This document shows positions 20,247 to 39,550 of a DNA stretch of 64,000 bases, piece after piece. The position numbers were made by a program, and so were the translations under genes. Numbering within the stretch: the stretch's first letter is position 1; each line of letters begins with the position of its first letter. The notes beneath the pieces were generated by a model that saw only the letters and a program-made list of their open reading frames with translations, was not told the origin of the DNA and ran no database searches. This stretch comes from Macrostomum lignano. Taxonomy: Eukaryota. The stretch covers positions 1 to 64,000 of the forward strand of contig NIVC01002459.1 of the NCBI GenBank assembly GCA_002269645.1. Reading direction: 5' to 3'.

Positions 20247-23200
20247 CAGTCTCGTCAGTGCCAGATTTGCCAATCAGGCGACAGCAGCGGCTGCGGCAGC
20301 TCGGTTGAACTGTGCCACCTGACCGGCTGCAGTCAGCACTGGTTTCACCCTGCCTGCCTGTTTGCCAGCCTTGCCGGCTCTGATCTGACTAGCTGTCCCG
20401 GACAGTGCTCTCCTAATAGCAGCAGCAGCAATGAAATCTGCTTTCACGAATACTTGGCCGGCTTGGATATTGCCAACTGCGGCGATCAGGTGTTGAAACT
20501 CGACCCGTCGCAGCATCGTTGCTCGGTCTGTTTCGAATATCCAGCTGGCGAAGTTGCCACGCCGGAGTGCTGCGATCACGCCTTCTGTCTGGCCTGCCTG
20601 CGGCACTGGTCTGAGCAGTCGGACAGGTGTCCGGCCTGCAGGCGGCACTATCGGCTGTTGTTTTGCTACAGCCGGCTTGGCGGACCCCTGCTGAGGCGAG
20701 AGCGACTGTCTGCTGCTGACGTCCGGCCTGCCGCGGCGCCTGGCATGTCCTCAGGCTCCGTGTCGGACCTGTTCCGTCGATGCGGCAGGCGTCGGCTGCT
20801 CGACTGCGGCGTCTGCCGTCGGCCCGTAGCCGATCGGCTGGCGGTGCAGTGCGCCGACTGCGAGGCTGCCTTCCACGCCGACTGCTGCCGGCAGCAGCAG
20901 CCACCGTCGGCGCCGTCCTGGCTCTGTCCAGACTGTCGATCGGCAATTGAAAGGGCCGTTGAAAATCTCGACGCCGACAACTCCTCCTCCTCGTCCAGCC
21001 CGATCGGCGCTCCCGTTCGAGCCGGTCGGAAACGCGTCGCCGCTTTCTCAGCTTCCTCGTCATCATCGTCAACCTCTTCGACTTCGCCGCCGGTTACTCG
21101 ACGACCGCGAGTCGTTCGACCGGCCGTGCCGGATTCGAGTTCGGCAGAAGACGCTGACGACTCCGCTGCTGCCGGAGCTGCCGCCGCTGTTCTCACGACC
21201 GCGCCTGCCGATGCGGAGGCGGTGGACCGTGGCGTGGAGGACTCGAGCAGCAAGTCGGTGAGGCACCTTGCTGATGCCTGTCTGATGGCTTTGTTCCCGC
21301 CAGCCTCCCAGATCCTCAGTTGCTGAGCCAGCCTCCCAGATCCTCAGTTGCTGGGCCAGCCTCCCAGATCCTCAGTTGCTGGGCCAGCCTCCCAGATCCT
21401 CAGTTGCTGAGCCAGCCTCCCAGATCCTCAGTTGCTGGGCCAGCCTCCCAGATCCTCAGTTGCTGGGCCAGCCTCCCAGATCCTCAGTTGCTGGGCAGCC
21501 TTCCAGATCCTCAGTTGCTAGGCCAGCCTCCCAGATCCTCAGTTGCTGGGCCAGCCTCCTAGATCCCCAGTTGCTGGGCCAGCCTCCAAAATCCTCAGTT
21601 GCTGGGCCAGTCTCCCAGACCCTCAGTTGCTGGGCCAGTCTCCCAGACCCTCAGTTGCTGGGCCAGTCTCCCAGACCCTCAGTTGCTGGGCCAGCCTCCC
21701 AGACCCTCAGTTGCTGGGCCAGCCTCCCAGATCCTCAGTTGCTGGGCCAGCCTCCCAAATCCTCAGTTGCTGGGCCAGCCTCCCAAATCCTCAGTTGCTG
21801 GGCCAGCCTCCCAAATCCTCAGTTGCTGGGCCAGCCTCCCAGATCCTCAGTTGCTGGGCCAGCCTCCCAGATCCTCAGGCTCTCCCCCTCTCCCTGTACC
21901 TGCCCGCAGCCTGCGTGCGGCGACCGTCACTGCCGGCTGTGCAACGCCAAGTTCACCCGGTACGAGTTCGCCGAGTCCTGCCCGCGGCACCGATTCCACC
22001 TGGCCTGTCTGCTCGCCTACGCTGAGCAGCGCCGCCGCGTTACGGATGAAGCCGCCGCCTCAGCCTCATCAACTTCATCAGCAACAGCGGCCGCCGCCCT
22101 GCTCTGCCCGGTGCCCAACTGCGGCATCCAGTTCGACTCCGTCACTCTGCGTCGTCGTCCAGGCGGTCGCATTGTCGACCGGATCGACTTCGCCGAGCAC
22201 CCGAGCTTCTCCTGTCCGGTCTGCTGCGAGCCAATCAGCGGCCGGGTGGCCCGGCCCGACTGCTGCCGGCACGCCTTCTGCCTGCCCTGTCTGACCGAAT
22301 GGTGTCGAACAGCCAACACGTGCCCGCTGGACCGGCTGGAGTTCTCCACGGTGATGGTGGCGAGCCGGTTCGGCCCCGCGGCCACCGTCGAGCGGATTGC
22401 GGCTCCGCAGCCTGAGCAGCGGCAGCAGCAGCTGCAGTCTCTGCTGGACGCTTCCGATGACTTTCCAACTATTGATGAGATTTGCGCCGTCTGCTATCAG
22501 GGTGAGACTTGTGAGACAGCCGGGCTTTAGTTGGGATCCTGAAGGATTTAGTTTGGATCCTGAAAGATTTAGTTGGGATCCTGAAAGATTTAGTTTGGAT
22601 CCTGAAAGATTTAGTTTGGATCCTGAAAGATTTAGTTTGGATCCTGAAAGATTTAGTTTGGATCCTGAAATATTTAGTTTGGATCCTGAAGGATTTAGTT
22701 TGGATCCTGAAGGTTTAGTTTGGATCCTGAAGGTTTAGTTTGGATCCTGAAGGTTTAGTTTGAATCCTGAAGGTTTAGTTTGGATCCTGAAGGTTTAGTT
22801 TGGATCCTGAAGGATTTAGTTTGGATCCTGAAGGTTTAGTTTGGATCCTGAAGGTTTAAAATTTGATTCCGGGGCTTATCGTTTAGATCAGGATATCCTG
22901 AAGTTTTAGTTTGCTGGTCCCTGAAAGCGATGCAGCCTAAAAGCATTCATCTCTGCTCTGTTCTCAAGGCGACCGAGAGGACGAGCTGCTGCTGTGCGAC
23001 ACCTGCGACGCCGCCTACCACCTGGACTGCCTGGACCCGCCTCTGGCCGCGGTGCCGCCCGGCCAGTGGAACTGCCCCCGGTGCCCCCAGCAGCAGCAGC
23101 GAAGGCGGCGACGGCTACGGCACCCAGTTGCTTCTAGACGGCGATTCGCCGTTGAAGAAGCCAGCAGCTCCTCTTCCATTGCTGACGGTGTCAGCGATGC

Positions 23201-24703
23201 GGCTGACGGCGAGATCGGTGAGGATGAGCAGCGGGATGAGTCAATGACGTCATCGACTGCTACGAGTACTACAACGACTGCCACCGCTGATTCCGACGAC
23301 TCCGACGATAATGACGACGAGAGCGACCTGGATTATCGACCGCGGCGAGCTGCGACTGATCGGCCGGGCAGTCGAGTAGCCGGAGGCAGAGGTCGTGGGC
23401 TCGAGTCCGTTAGCGGAGTTCGACAACGATTGAGACGGATTCGGGTGAGAAGCGCGAGAGATGTTTGCTTAAGAATCGGAGCCCAGCCCCCTTCAACTGA
23501 CCCCTTGCTTAGGAATCAAGGGTCAACTGACCCCCTTGCTTAGGAATCAAGGGTCAACTGACCCCTTGCTTAGGAATCAAGGGTCAACTGACCCCCTTGC
23601 TTAGGAATCAAGGTCAACTGACCCCCTTGCTTAGGAATCAAGGTCAACTGACCCCCTTATTTAGTTATCAAGGTCAACTAACCCCCTTACTTAGGAATCA
23701 AGGGTCAACTGACTCCCTTACTTAGGAATCAAGGGTCAACTGACTCCCTTACTTAGGAATTAAGGTCAACTGACCCCCTTGCTTAGGAATCAAGGGTCAA
23801 CTGACCCCCTTACTTAGGAATCAAGGGTCAACTGACTCCCTTGCTTAGGAATCAAGGGTCAACTGACCCCTTGCTTAGGAATCAAGGGTCAACTGACTCC
23901 CTTACTTAGGAATCAAGGGTCAACTGACTCCCTTACTTAGGAATCAAGGTCAACTGACCCCCTTATTTAGTTATCAGGTCAACTAACCCCCTTACTTAGG
24001 AATCAAGGGTCAACTGACTCCCTTACTTAGGAATCAAGGGTCAACTGACTCCCTTACTTAGGAATCAAGGTCAACTGACCCCCTTGCTTAGGAATCAAGG
24101 GTCAACTGACCCCCTTGCTTAGGAATCAAGGGTCAACTGACCCCCTTGCTTAGGAATCAAGGGTCAACTGACCCCTTGCTTAGGAATCAAGGTCAACTGA
24201 CCCCCTTGCTTAGGAATAAATAGGAATCAAGGGTCAACTGACCCCCTTAGGAATCAAAGGTCAACTGACCCCCCCCCTTCATTTCAAATTCGCAGCCCCG
24301 TTCCGCTGCCGTCGCCGCCGCCGCCGCCATCGCCGCCTTCCCCGAACCCTGCTTGTCCGTCACCGACGTCGCCGCCGCCCGCGGTCGAAGCAGCCGCCGT
24401 CCAGGCAGACCCACCGCGGCCGCTGCTAGCCGTAGCTGCAATAATAATAATATTAATCATAATCATAATCGCCGGTCAAGGCTGTCCGGCAGTACCGCAG
24501 CTGCTGGCCGAGGTCGAGCCGCCCGGCGCCGACGACAAGCTGGCGGTGGTCGGTCAGCCGGAACATCCTCCTTCATCGTTGACGACGACGACGACAATGG
24601 CGACGATTCTAGCGATGCTAGCAACGAGAGTCAATCGCTACAGGAGGCGGCCTCGTCTGTGCGGTCAGAGTCTGACGATTCTGTGCAAACCAGCTTTGAA
24701 TGA
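20247..24703 (+). CDS. PHRF1-like multi-zinc-finger protein, (RING-like, RING, PHD) x2; exons 20247-21257, 21910-22501, 22969-23444, 24296-24703; about 828 aa; initiator codon not visible
   Basis: Open frame from acceptor CCGCAG (20246): CQIC...[10 protein letters not shown]...CPGQC; RING CSVC...[10 protein letters not shown]...CPACR; PHD CGVC...[12 protein letters not shown]...WLCPDC; RING-like CRLC...[10 protein letters not shown]...CPVPNC; RING CPVC...[10 protein letters not shown]...CPLDR; and a PHD assembled across an intron, CAVCYQG|[38 protein letters not shown]. Donors GTGAGG/GTGAGA/GTGAGA; phases match. Confidence 0.85.
21295..21880. repeat. 28-bp minisatellite (GCCAGCCTCCCAGATCCTCAGTTGCTGG), gene 3 intron 1
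   Basis: About 21 copies. Confidence 0.95.
22530..22860. repeat. 20-21-bp minisatellite (TTTAGTTTGGATCCTGAAAGA), gene 3 intron 2
   Basis: Tandem copies. Confidence 0.95.
23490..24270. repeat. 31-32-bp minisatellite (TTAGGAATCAAGGGTCAACTGACCCCCTTGC), gene 3 intron 3
   Basis: About 24 copies. Confidence 0.95.
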
Positions 24704-24744
24704 CTGCAGGTGGGGTGCGCTGAGGGTCTTAAACAGTCTCTCGT

Positions 24745-25010
24745 TTGGGGTGAGAGTCTTGAACCAGTATCTCATAGGGGTGAGAGTCTCGAACCAGTGT
24801 CTCCTAGGGGGGTGAGAGTCTCGAACCAGTATCTCCTAGGTAGTGGGAGTCTCGAACCAGTATCTCCCAAGGGTGAGAGTTTCGAACCAATGTCTCTTAG
24901 GGAGTGAGAGTCTCGAACCAGTATCTCCTAGGGAGTGAGTCTCAAACCAGTATCTCCTAGGGAGTGAGTCTCGAACCAGTATCTCCTAGGGAGTGAGTCT
25001 CAAACCATCT
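24745..25010. repeat. ~29-bp degenerate repeat (GGGTGAGAGTCTCGAACCAGTATCTCCTA)
   Basis: About 9 copies after the gene 3 stop. Confidence 0.85.
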
Positions 25011-25336
25011 CCTACGTGTCTAAGAGTCCCATCTCAATGTTTCTGAGTACGTTTGAGCTTTCAATGCGTCTTAGCTGTACTTGAGATGCAAACATAATAA
25101 AGCATTGGTAGTATGTAATATTTTAATTGAATGCGTAATAATTTATAGATTTTTGCATTGTATTTCAGCTTTACACTGGTGTCCTTAGTAGTATATATAG
25201 TAATTAAATTTGGTAAAATTTTCCATGCAGTACTAATAGTAGCATTGGATGCTACTCATTCTTTAGTTCTCTTGTGTTCTCAGCTCATTTCGTCTCCCAA
25301 CTGCAGTGCTTTTGCGCTACTTTTTTTCATTTGTTA

Positions 25337-25358
25337 AATAAAAATGAGTTACAATAAA
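25337..25358 (+). terminator. Candidate polyadenylation signals for gene 3
   Basis: AATAAA at 25337-25342 and 25353-25358 in AT-rich sequence 630 nt after the stop. Confidence 0.35.
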
Positions 25359-25459
25359 TAATTTACTTTGCTAATTGACAAAATAGTTTTGCTTTACTCT
25401 CAATGCTTATGTCTGCTTTCGATTTCAGTTTAAACGCAAGCCTGCATGCATTCATGCAT

Positions 25460-26560
25460 TCCACCCCAGTAATCGCCCCTGTCCCCACCCCAGTAATTGC
25501 CCTCCCCCCACTCCAGTAATTGCCCCTCCCCCACTCCAGTAATTGCCCCTGCCCCACCCCAGTAATCGCCCCTGCCCCACCCCAGTAATTGCCCCTCCCC
25601 CACCCCAGTAATTGCCCCTCCCCCACTCCAGTAATTGCCCCTGCCCCACCCCAGTAATCGCCCCTGCCCCACCCCAGTAATTGCCCCCCCACCCCAGTAA
25701 TTGCCCCTGCCCCACCCCAGTAATTGCCCCTGCCCCACCCCAGTAATTGCCCCTCCCCCCACCCCAGTAATTGCCCCTCCCCCACCACAGTAATTGCCCC
25801 TCCCCCACCCCAGTAATTGCCCCTCCCCCCATCCCAGTAATTGCCTCTCCCCCACCCAATAATTGCCCCTCCCCCACCCCAGTAATCGCCCCTGCCCCAC
25901 CCCAGTAATTGCCCCTCCCCCACCCCAGTAATTGCCCCTCCCCCATCCCAGTAATCGCCCCTGTCCCATCCCAGTAATTGCCCCTCCCCCCACCCCAGTA
26001 ATTGCCCCTGCCCCATCCCAGTATTTGCCCCTCCCGCACCCTAGTAATCACCCCTCCCCCCACCCCAGTAATTGCCCCTGCCCCACCCCAGTAATTGCCC
26101 CTCCCCCCACCCCAGTAATTGCCCCTGTCCCATCCCAGTAATTGCCCCTCCCCCCACCCCAGTAATTGCCCCTGCCCCATCCCAGTATTTGCCCCTGCCC
26201 CACCCCAGTAATTGCCCCTCCCGCACCCTAGTAATCACCCCTCCCCCACCCCAGTAATTGCCCCTCCCCCAACCCAGTAATTGCCCCTCCCGCACCCTAG
26301 TAATCACCCCTCCCCCACCCCAGTAATTGCCCCTGCCCCACCCCAGTAATTGCCCCTCCCCCACCCCAGTAATTGCCCCTGTCCCATCCCAGTAATTGCC
26401 CCTCACCCCACCCCAGTAATTGCCCCCCCACCCCAGTAATTGCCCCCCCACCCCAGTAATTGCCCCTCCCCCACCCCAGTAATTGCCCCTCCCCCATCCC
26501 AGTAATCGCCCCTGCCCCATCCCAGTAATCGCCCCTGCCCCACCCCAACAATCGATCGCC
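25460..26560. repeat. 22-23-bp C-rich minisatellite (CCCCACCCCAGTAATTGCCCCT)
   Basis: About 48 copies between the convergent gene 3 and collagen 3' ends. Confidence 0.95.
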
Positions 26561-26925
26561 CCTGCCCCATTACTAGCAAGCCACGGGTCTCATGAACACG
26601 CAGCTGATAAACGAGGGTCACGTGACCCCAAAGTCAAGAATGTCGAACAAAGCCGCAGGTGCGTAATCACTTATGGCCAATAGCGTGTAATTCTGCTAGA
26701 TCAGTCGCACTAGATAAATTAAAATTATTATTAAAGTGCATTAGCAGCTCAATTCAATAGTAATAATAATAGTATAATAAGTCTATATTCCTAAACAACA
26801 AATAGATAACTGTAAAACATGAATAAGAAGCCACTCAAATGAAGTTCGAGAGTTTTTTAAGTTAAAAGACGGTCCTAGGTTCGAATCCCCAGTCCAGTAA
26901 TTAGACTCAGGTACTGTCTGATCCT

Positions 26926-35467
<8,542 letters not shown>

Positions 35468-36014
35468 CGCTAAGCCGATCAGCTCCGTTGGCAGCTGTGA
35501 ATAATTTCAGGAAATTTTAATCTAGTAGTCGAGGAACTGCCAAGCTGCTTCCGTCCCAGATCTTGGGGCTCAGCACTCTCTTTCCCCCACCGGAAAGACG
35601 GGAGGTTAAAGGCTAAAGCAGAACCCCACCTGGTCCCGCGGGCCAGGCGAAGGACAGATGGAACTTTCGCTTTTCGCCCCGTCGAATCGATAAACTCCAC
35701 GCAGAGGCTGGGGGAACGCGGAACGCCAGTCGTGTTGGAACACTACAGCTGATGTGTGCTGCGCTTGGTTCTGGCATTCTGTGTGCAGCCCTGAACCCCC
35801 TCTCCCTGACAGAGAACGAACCCGTGCATCCTACAGCCGTGTGCCGACGCAGCTGGATCCGAAAGTGCTTCCAGTTATCCTTGCTCTGTTGGTCAGAGAT
35901 GGAATGGCACAGGGCAGGCCGGACTTTGCGCTCCTCCCTTGCGAGAGGGAAATTCTCCCCTGGTTGCTTCTTCTGCGTTTACTGGCTGCTGTAGATCCAC
36001 CGCATTGTAACACC

Positions 36015-36640
36015 CTTCACTCTGCTTTCAGTCTCTTCACTCTGCTTTCAGTCTCTTCACTCTGCTTTCAGTCTCTTTTCCCTCCTTTCAGTCTCTTTTT
36101 CACTCTGCTTCCAGTCTCTTTTCCCTCTGCTTTTAGTCTCTTTTCCCTCTGCTTCCAGTCTCTTTTCCCTCTGCTTTTAGTCTCTTTTCACTCTGCTTTT
36201 AGTCTCTTTTCCCTCTGCTTTCAGTCTCTTTTCCCTCTGCTTCCAGTCTCTTTTCACTCTGCTTTTAGTCTCTTTTCACTCTGCTTTTAGTCTCTTTTCC
36301 CTCTGCTTTCAGTCTCTTTTCCCTCTGCTTCCAGTCTCTTTTCACTCTGCTTTCACTCTATTATCAATCTGCCTTCAGTCTATTTGTAGTCGCTTTTCAC
36401 TCTGCTTTTAGTATCTTTTCACTTTGTTTTCACTTTTACTCCCCCCCACTCTCCCCACTCTCCCCACTCTCCCCACTCTCCCCACTCTCCCCACTCTCCC
36501 CACTCTCGCCACTCTCCCCCACTCTCCCCACTCTCGCCACTCTCCCCCACTCTCCCCAACTCTCCCCCACTCTCCCACTCTCGCCACTCTCCCCCACTCT
36601 CCCCAACTCTCCCCCACTCTCCCCCACTCTCTTATTTTTC
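36015..36640. repeat. Two pyrimidine-rich arrays (CTCTTTTCCCTCTGCTTTCAGT; CTCTCCCCCA)
   Basis: 36015-36420 and 36440-36640. Confidence 0.85.
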
Positions 36641-37059
36641 CCTCTCCTTCAGAGTCCGTTAGTCTCCTTCACTCAGGAATTTAAGGCGTCCACGCGAGCC
36701 TCCTTAACCCGCACACTGGGCCTCTGACTTCATAAGCAGCATATTTCTACCTTTTTCATTCCAGCGGGCACGCACCCTTAATGCCCCTCTGAAGCCGCAC
36801 GAGGTGATAAACAATGGAGGCACAGAAAAAGAGTTCAGTTTTCTGTCTCTGTGAGAGTTGGATTAAATAATCTAACCATTTTTTTCAATTAGCCTTGCGT
36901 GCCTTGCAGGATTTCAGGCGAGCTCCAGAATATGATTCCGAATTAAGATCATTATTCTCACGTTAATTGCTCCCATTTCCTGGGAAAATTCGGAGAGCTT
37001 CCTTTGGACTGGCCCAAAACATGTCAATTCTTGCGTGTAGCAACTTTCCAGCCTTGAGA

Positions 37060-39425
37060 GTGAAGGGAGAGAGTGAGATTGAAGGGAGAGAGTGAGATTG
37101 AAGGGAGAGAGCGAGATTGAAGGGAGAGAGTGAGATTGAAGGGAGAGAGTGAGATTGAAGGGAGACAGCGAGATTGAAGGGAGAGAGTGAGATTGAAGGG
37201 AGAGAGTGAGATTGAAGGGAGACAGCGAGATTGAAGGGAGAGAGCGAGATTGAAGGGAGAGAGTGAGATTGAAGGGAGAGAGTGAGATTGAAGGGAGAGA
37301 GCGAGATTGAAGGGAGAGAGTGAGATTGAAGGGAGAGAGTGAGATTGAAGGGAGAGAGCGAGATTGAAGGGAGAGAGCGAGATTGAAGGGAGAGAGTGAG
37401 ATTGAAGGGAGAGAGTGAGATTGAAGGGAGAGAGTGAGATTGAAGGGAGAGAGTGAGATTGAAGGGAGAGAGTGAGATTGAAGGGAGAGAGCGAGATTGA
37501 AGGGAGAGAGTGAGATTGAAGAGAGAGAGCGAGATTGAAGGGAGAGAGTGAGATTGAAGGGAGAGAGCGAGATTGAAGGGAGAGAGTGAGATTGAAGGGA
37601 GAGAGTGAGATTGAAGGGAGAGAGCGAGATTGAAGGGAGAGAGTGAGATTGAAGGGAGAGAGTGAGATTGAAGGGAGAGAGCGAGATTGAAGGGAGAGAG
37701 TGAGATTGAAGGGAGAGAGTGAGATTGAAGGGAGAGAGTGAGATTGAAGGGAGAGAGTGAGATTGAAGGGAGAGAGCGAGATTGAAGGGAGAGAGTGAGA
37801 TTGAAGGGAGAGAGTGAGATTGAAGGAGAGAGCGAGATTGAAGGGAGAGAGTGAGATTGAAGGGAGAGAGTGAGATTGAAGGGAGAGAGCGAGATTGAAG
37901 GGAGAGAGCGAGATTGAAGGGAGAGAGTGAGATTGAAGGGAGAGAGTGAGATTGAAGGGAGAGAGTGAGATTGAAGGGAGAGAGTGAGATTGAAGGGAGA
38001 GAGTGAGATTGAAGGGAGAGAGCGAGATTGAAGGGAGAGAGTGAGATTGAAGAGAGAGAGCGAGATTGAAGGGAGAGAGTGAGATTGAAGGGAGAGAGCG
38101 AGATTGAAGGGAGAGAGTGAGATTGAAGGGAGAGAGTGAGATTGAAGGGAGAGAGCGAGATTGAAGGGAGAGAGTGAGATTGAAGGGAGAGAGTGAGATT
38201 GAAGGGAGAGAGCGAGATTGAAGGGAGAGAGTGAGATTGAAGGGAGAGAGTGAGATTGAAGGGAGAGAGTGAGATTGAAGGGAGAGAGTGAGATTGAAGG
38301 GAGAGAGCGAGATTGAAGGGAGAGAGTGAGATTGAAGGGAGAGAGTGAGATTGAAGGGAGAGAGCGAGATTGAAGGGAGAGAGTGAGATTGAAGGGAGAG
38401 AGTGAGATTGAAGGGAGAGAGCGAGATTGAAGGGAGAGAGTGAGATTGAAGGGAGAGAGCGAGATTGAAGGGAGAGAGTGAGATTGAAGGGAGAGAGCGA
38501 GATTGAAGGGAGAGAGTGAGATTGAAGGGAGAGAGTGAGATTGAAGGGAGAGAGTGAGATTGAAGGGAGAGAGTGAGATTGAAGGGAGAGAGTGAGATTG
38601 AAGGGAGAGAGTGAGATTGATTGAACGGAGAGAGTGATATTGATTGAAGGGAGAGAGTGAGATTGAAGGGAGAGAGTGAGATTGAAGGGAGAGAGTGAGA
38701 TTGAAGGGAGAGAGTGAGATTGATTGAAGGGAGAGAGTGAGATTGATTGAAGGGAGAGAGTGAGATTGATTGAAGGGAGAGAGTGAGATTGATTGAAGGG
38801 AGAGAGTGAGATTGAAGGGAGAGAGTGAGATTGAAGGGAGAAAGTGAGATTGAAGGGAGAGAGTGAGATTGTAGGGAGAGAGGTGAGATTGAAGGAGAGA
38901 GGGAAGATTGAAGGGAGAGGAGGTGAGATTGAAGGGAGAGAAGGACGATTGAAGGGAGAGGAGGTGAGATTGAAGAGATAGAGGTTAAATTAAAGGGAGA
39001 GAGGTGAGAGTGCAGGGTAGGGGTGAGAGTGAAGGTTAGGTGTAAGAGTAAAGTGTAGAGGTGAGAGTGAAGGGTAGAGTGGAGAGTGAAGGGTAGGGGT
39101 GAGAGTAAAGTGTAGAGGTGAGAGTAAAGTGTAGAGGTGAGAGTAAAGGGTAGAGTTGAGAGTGAAGGGTAGGGGTGAGAGTGAAGGGTAGGGGTGAGAG
39201 TGAAGGGTAGGGGTGAGAGTGAAGGGTAGGGGTGAGAGTGAGGGTATGGGTGAGAGTGAAGGGTGTGGGTGAGAGTGAAGGGTAGGGGTGAGAGTGAAGG
39301 GTAGGGTTGAGAGTGAAGGGTAGGGGTGAGAGTGAAGGGTATGGGTGAGAGTGAAGGGTAGGGGTGAAAGTGAAGGGTATGGGTGAGAGTGAAGGGTAGG
39401 GGTGAGAGTGAAGGGTAGGGGTGAG
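37060..39425. repeat. 19-bp purine-rich satellite grading from GAGATTGAAGGGAGAGAGT to GAGAGTGAAGGGTAGGGGT
   Basis: More than 100 copies; transition near 38900-39150. Confidence 0.95.
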
Positions 39426-39550
39426 CTCAGCATTCGGCACGCCATTCTCATGACCAGCCAATACTGCTAATCCTCTTCCCATTGGTCCCTGCGCCAGGAT
39501 AAAAAGCCGCCAAGGCGTCAAGCATTGCAGGCCATCGCTGAAGAGTCGGA

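Noticed and set aside
26871-26892. tRNA/SINE B-box GGTTCGAATCC
   Set aside because: No A-box, cloverleaf or acceptor stem upstream; an isolated motif only.
35495-35629. Trans-splice site before the collagen ATG
   Set aside because: A plausible cis donor (CAG|GTGGGG at 35629, minus strand) can pair with the acceptor at 35495, so a 5'UTR intron explains it.
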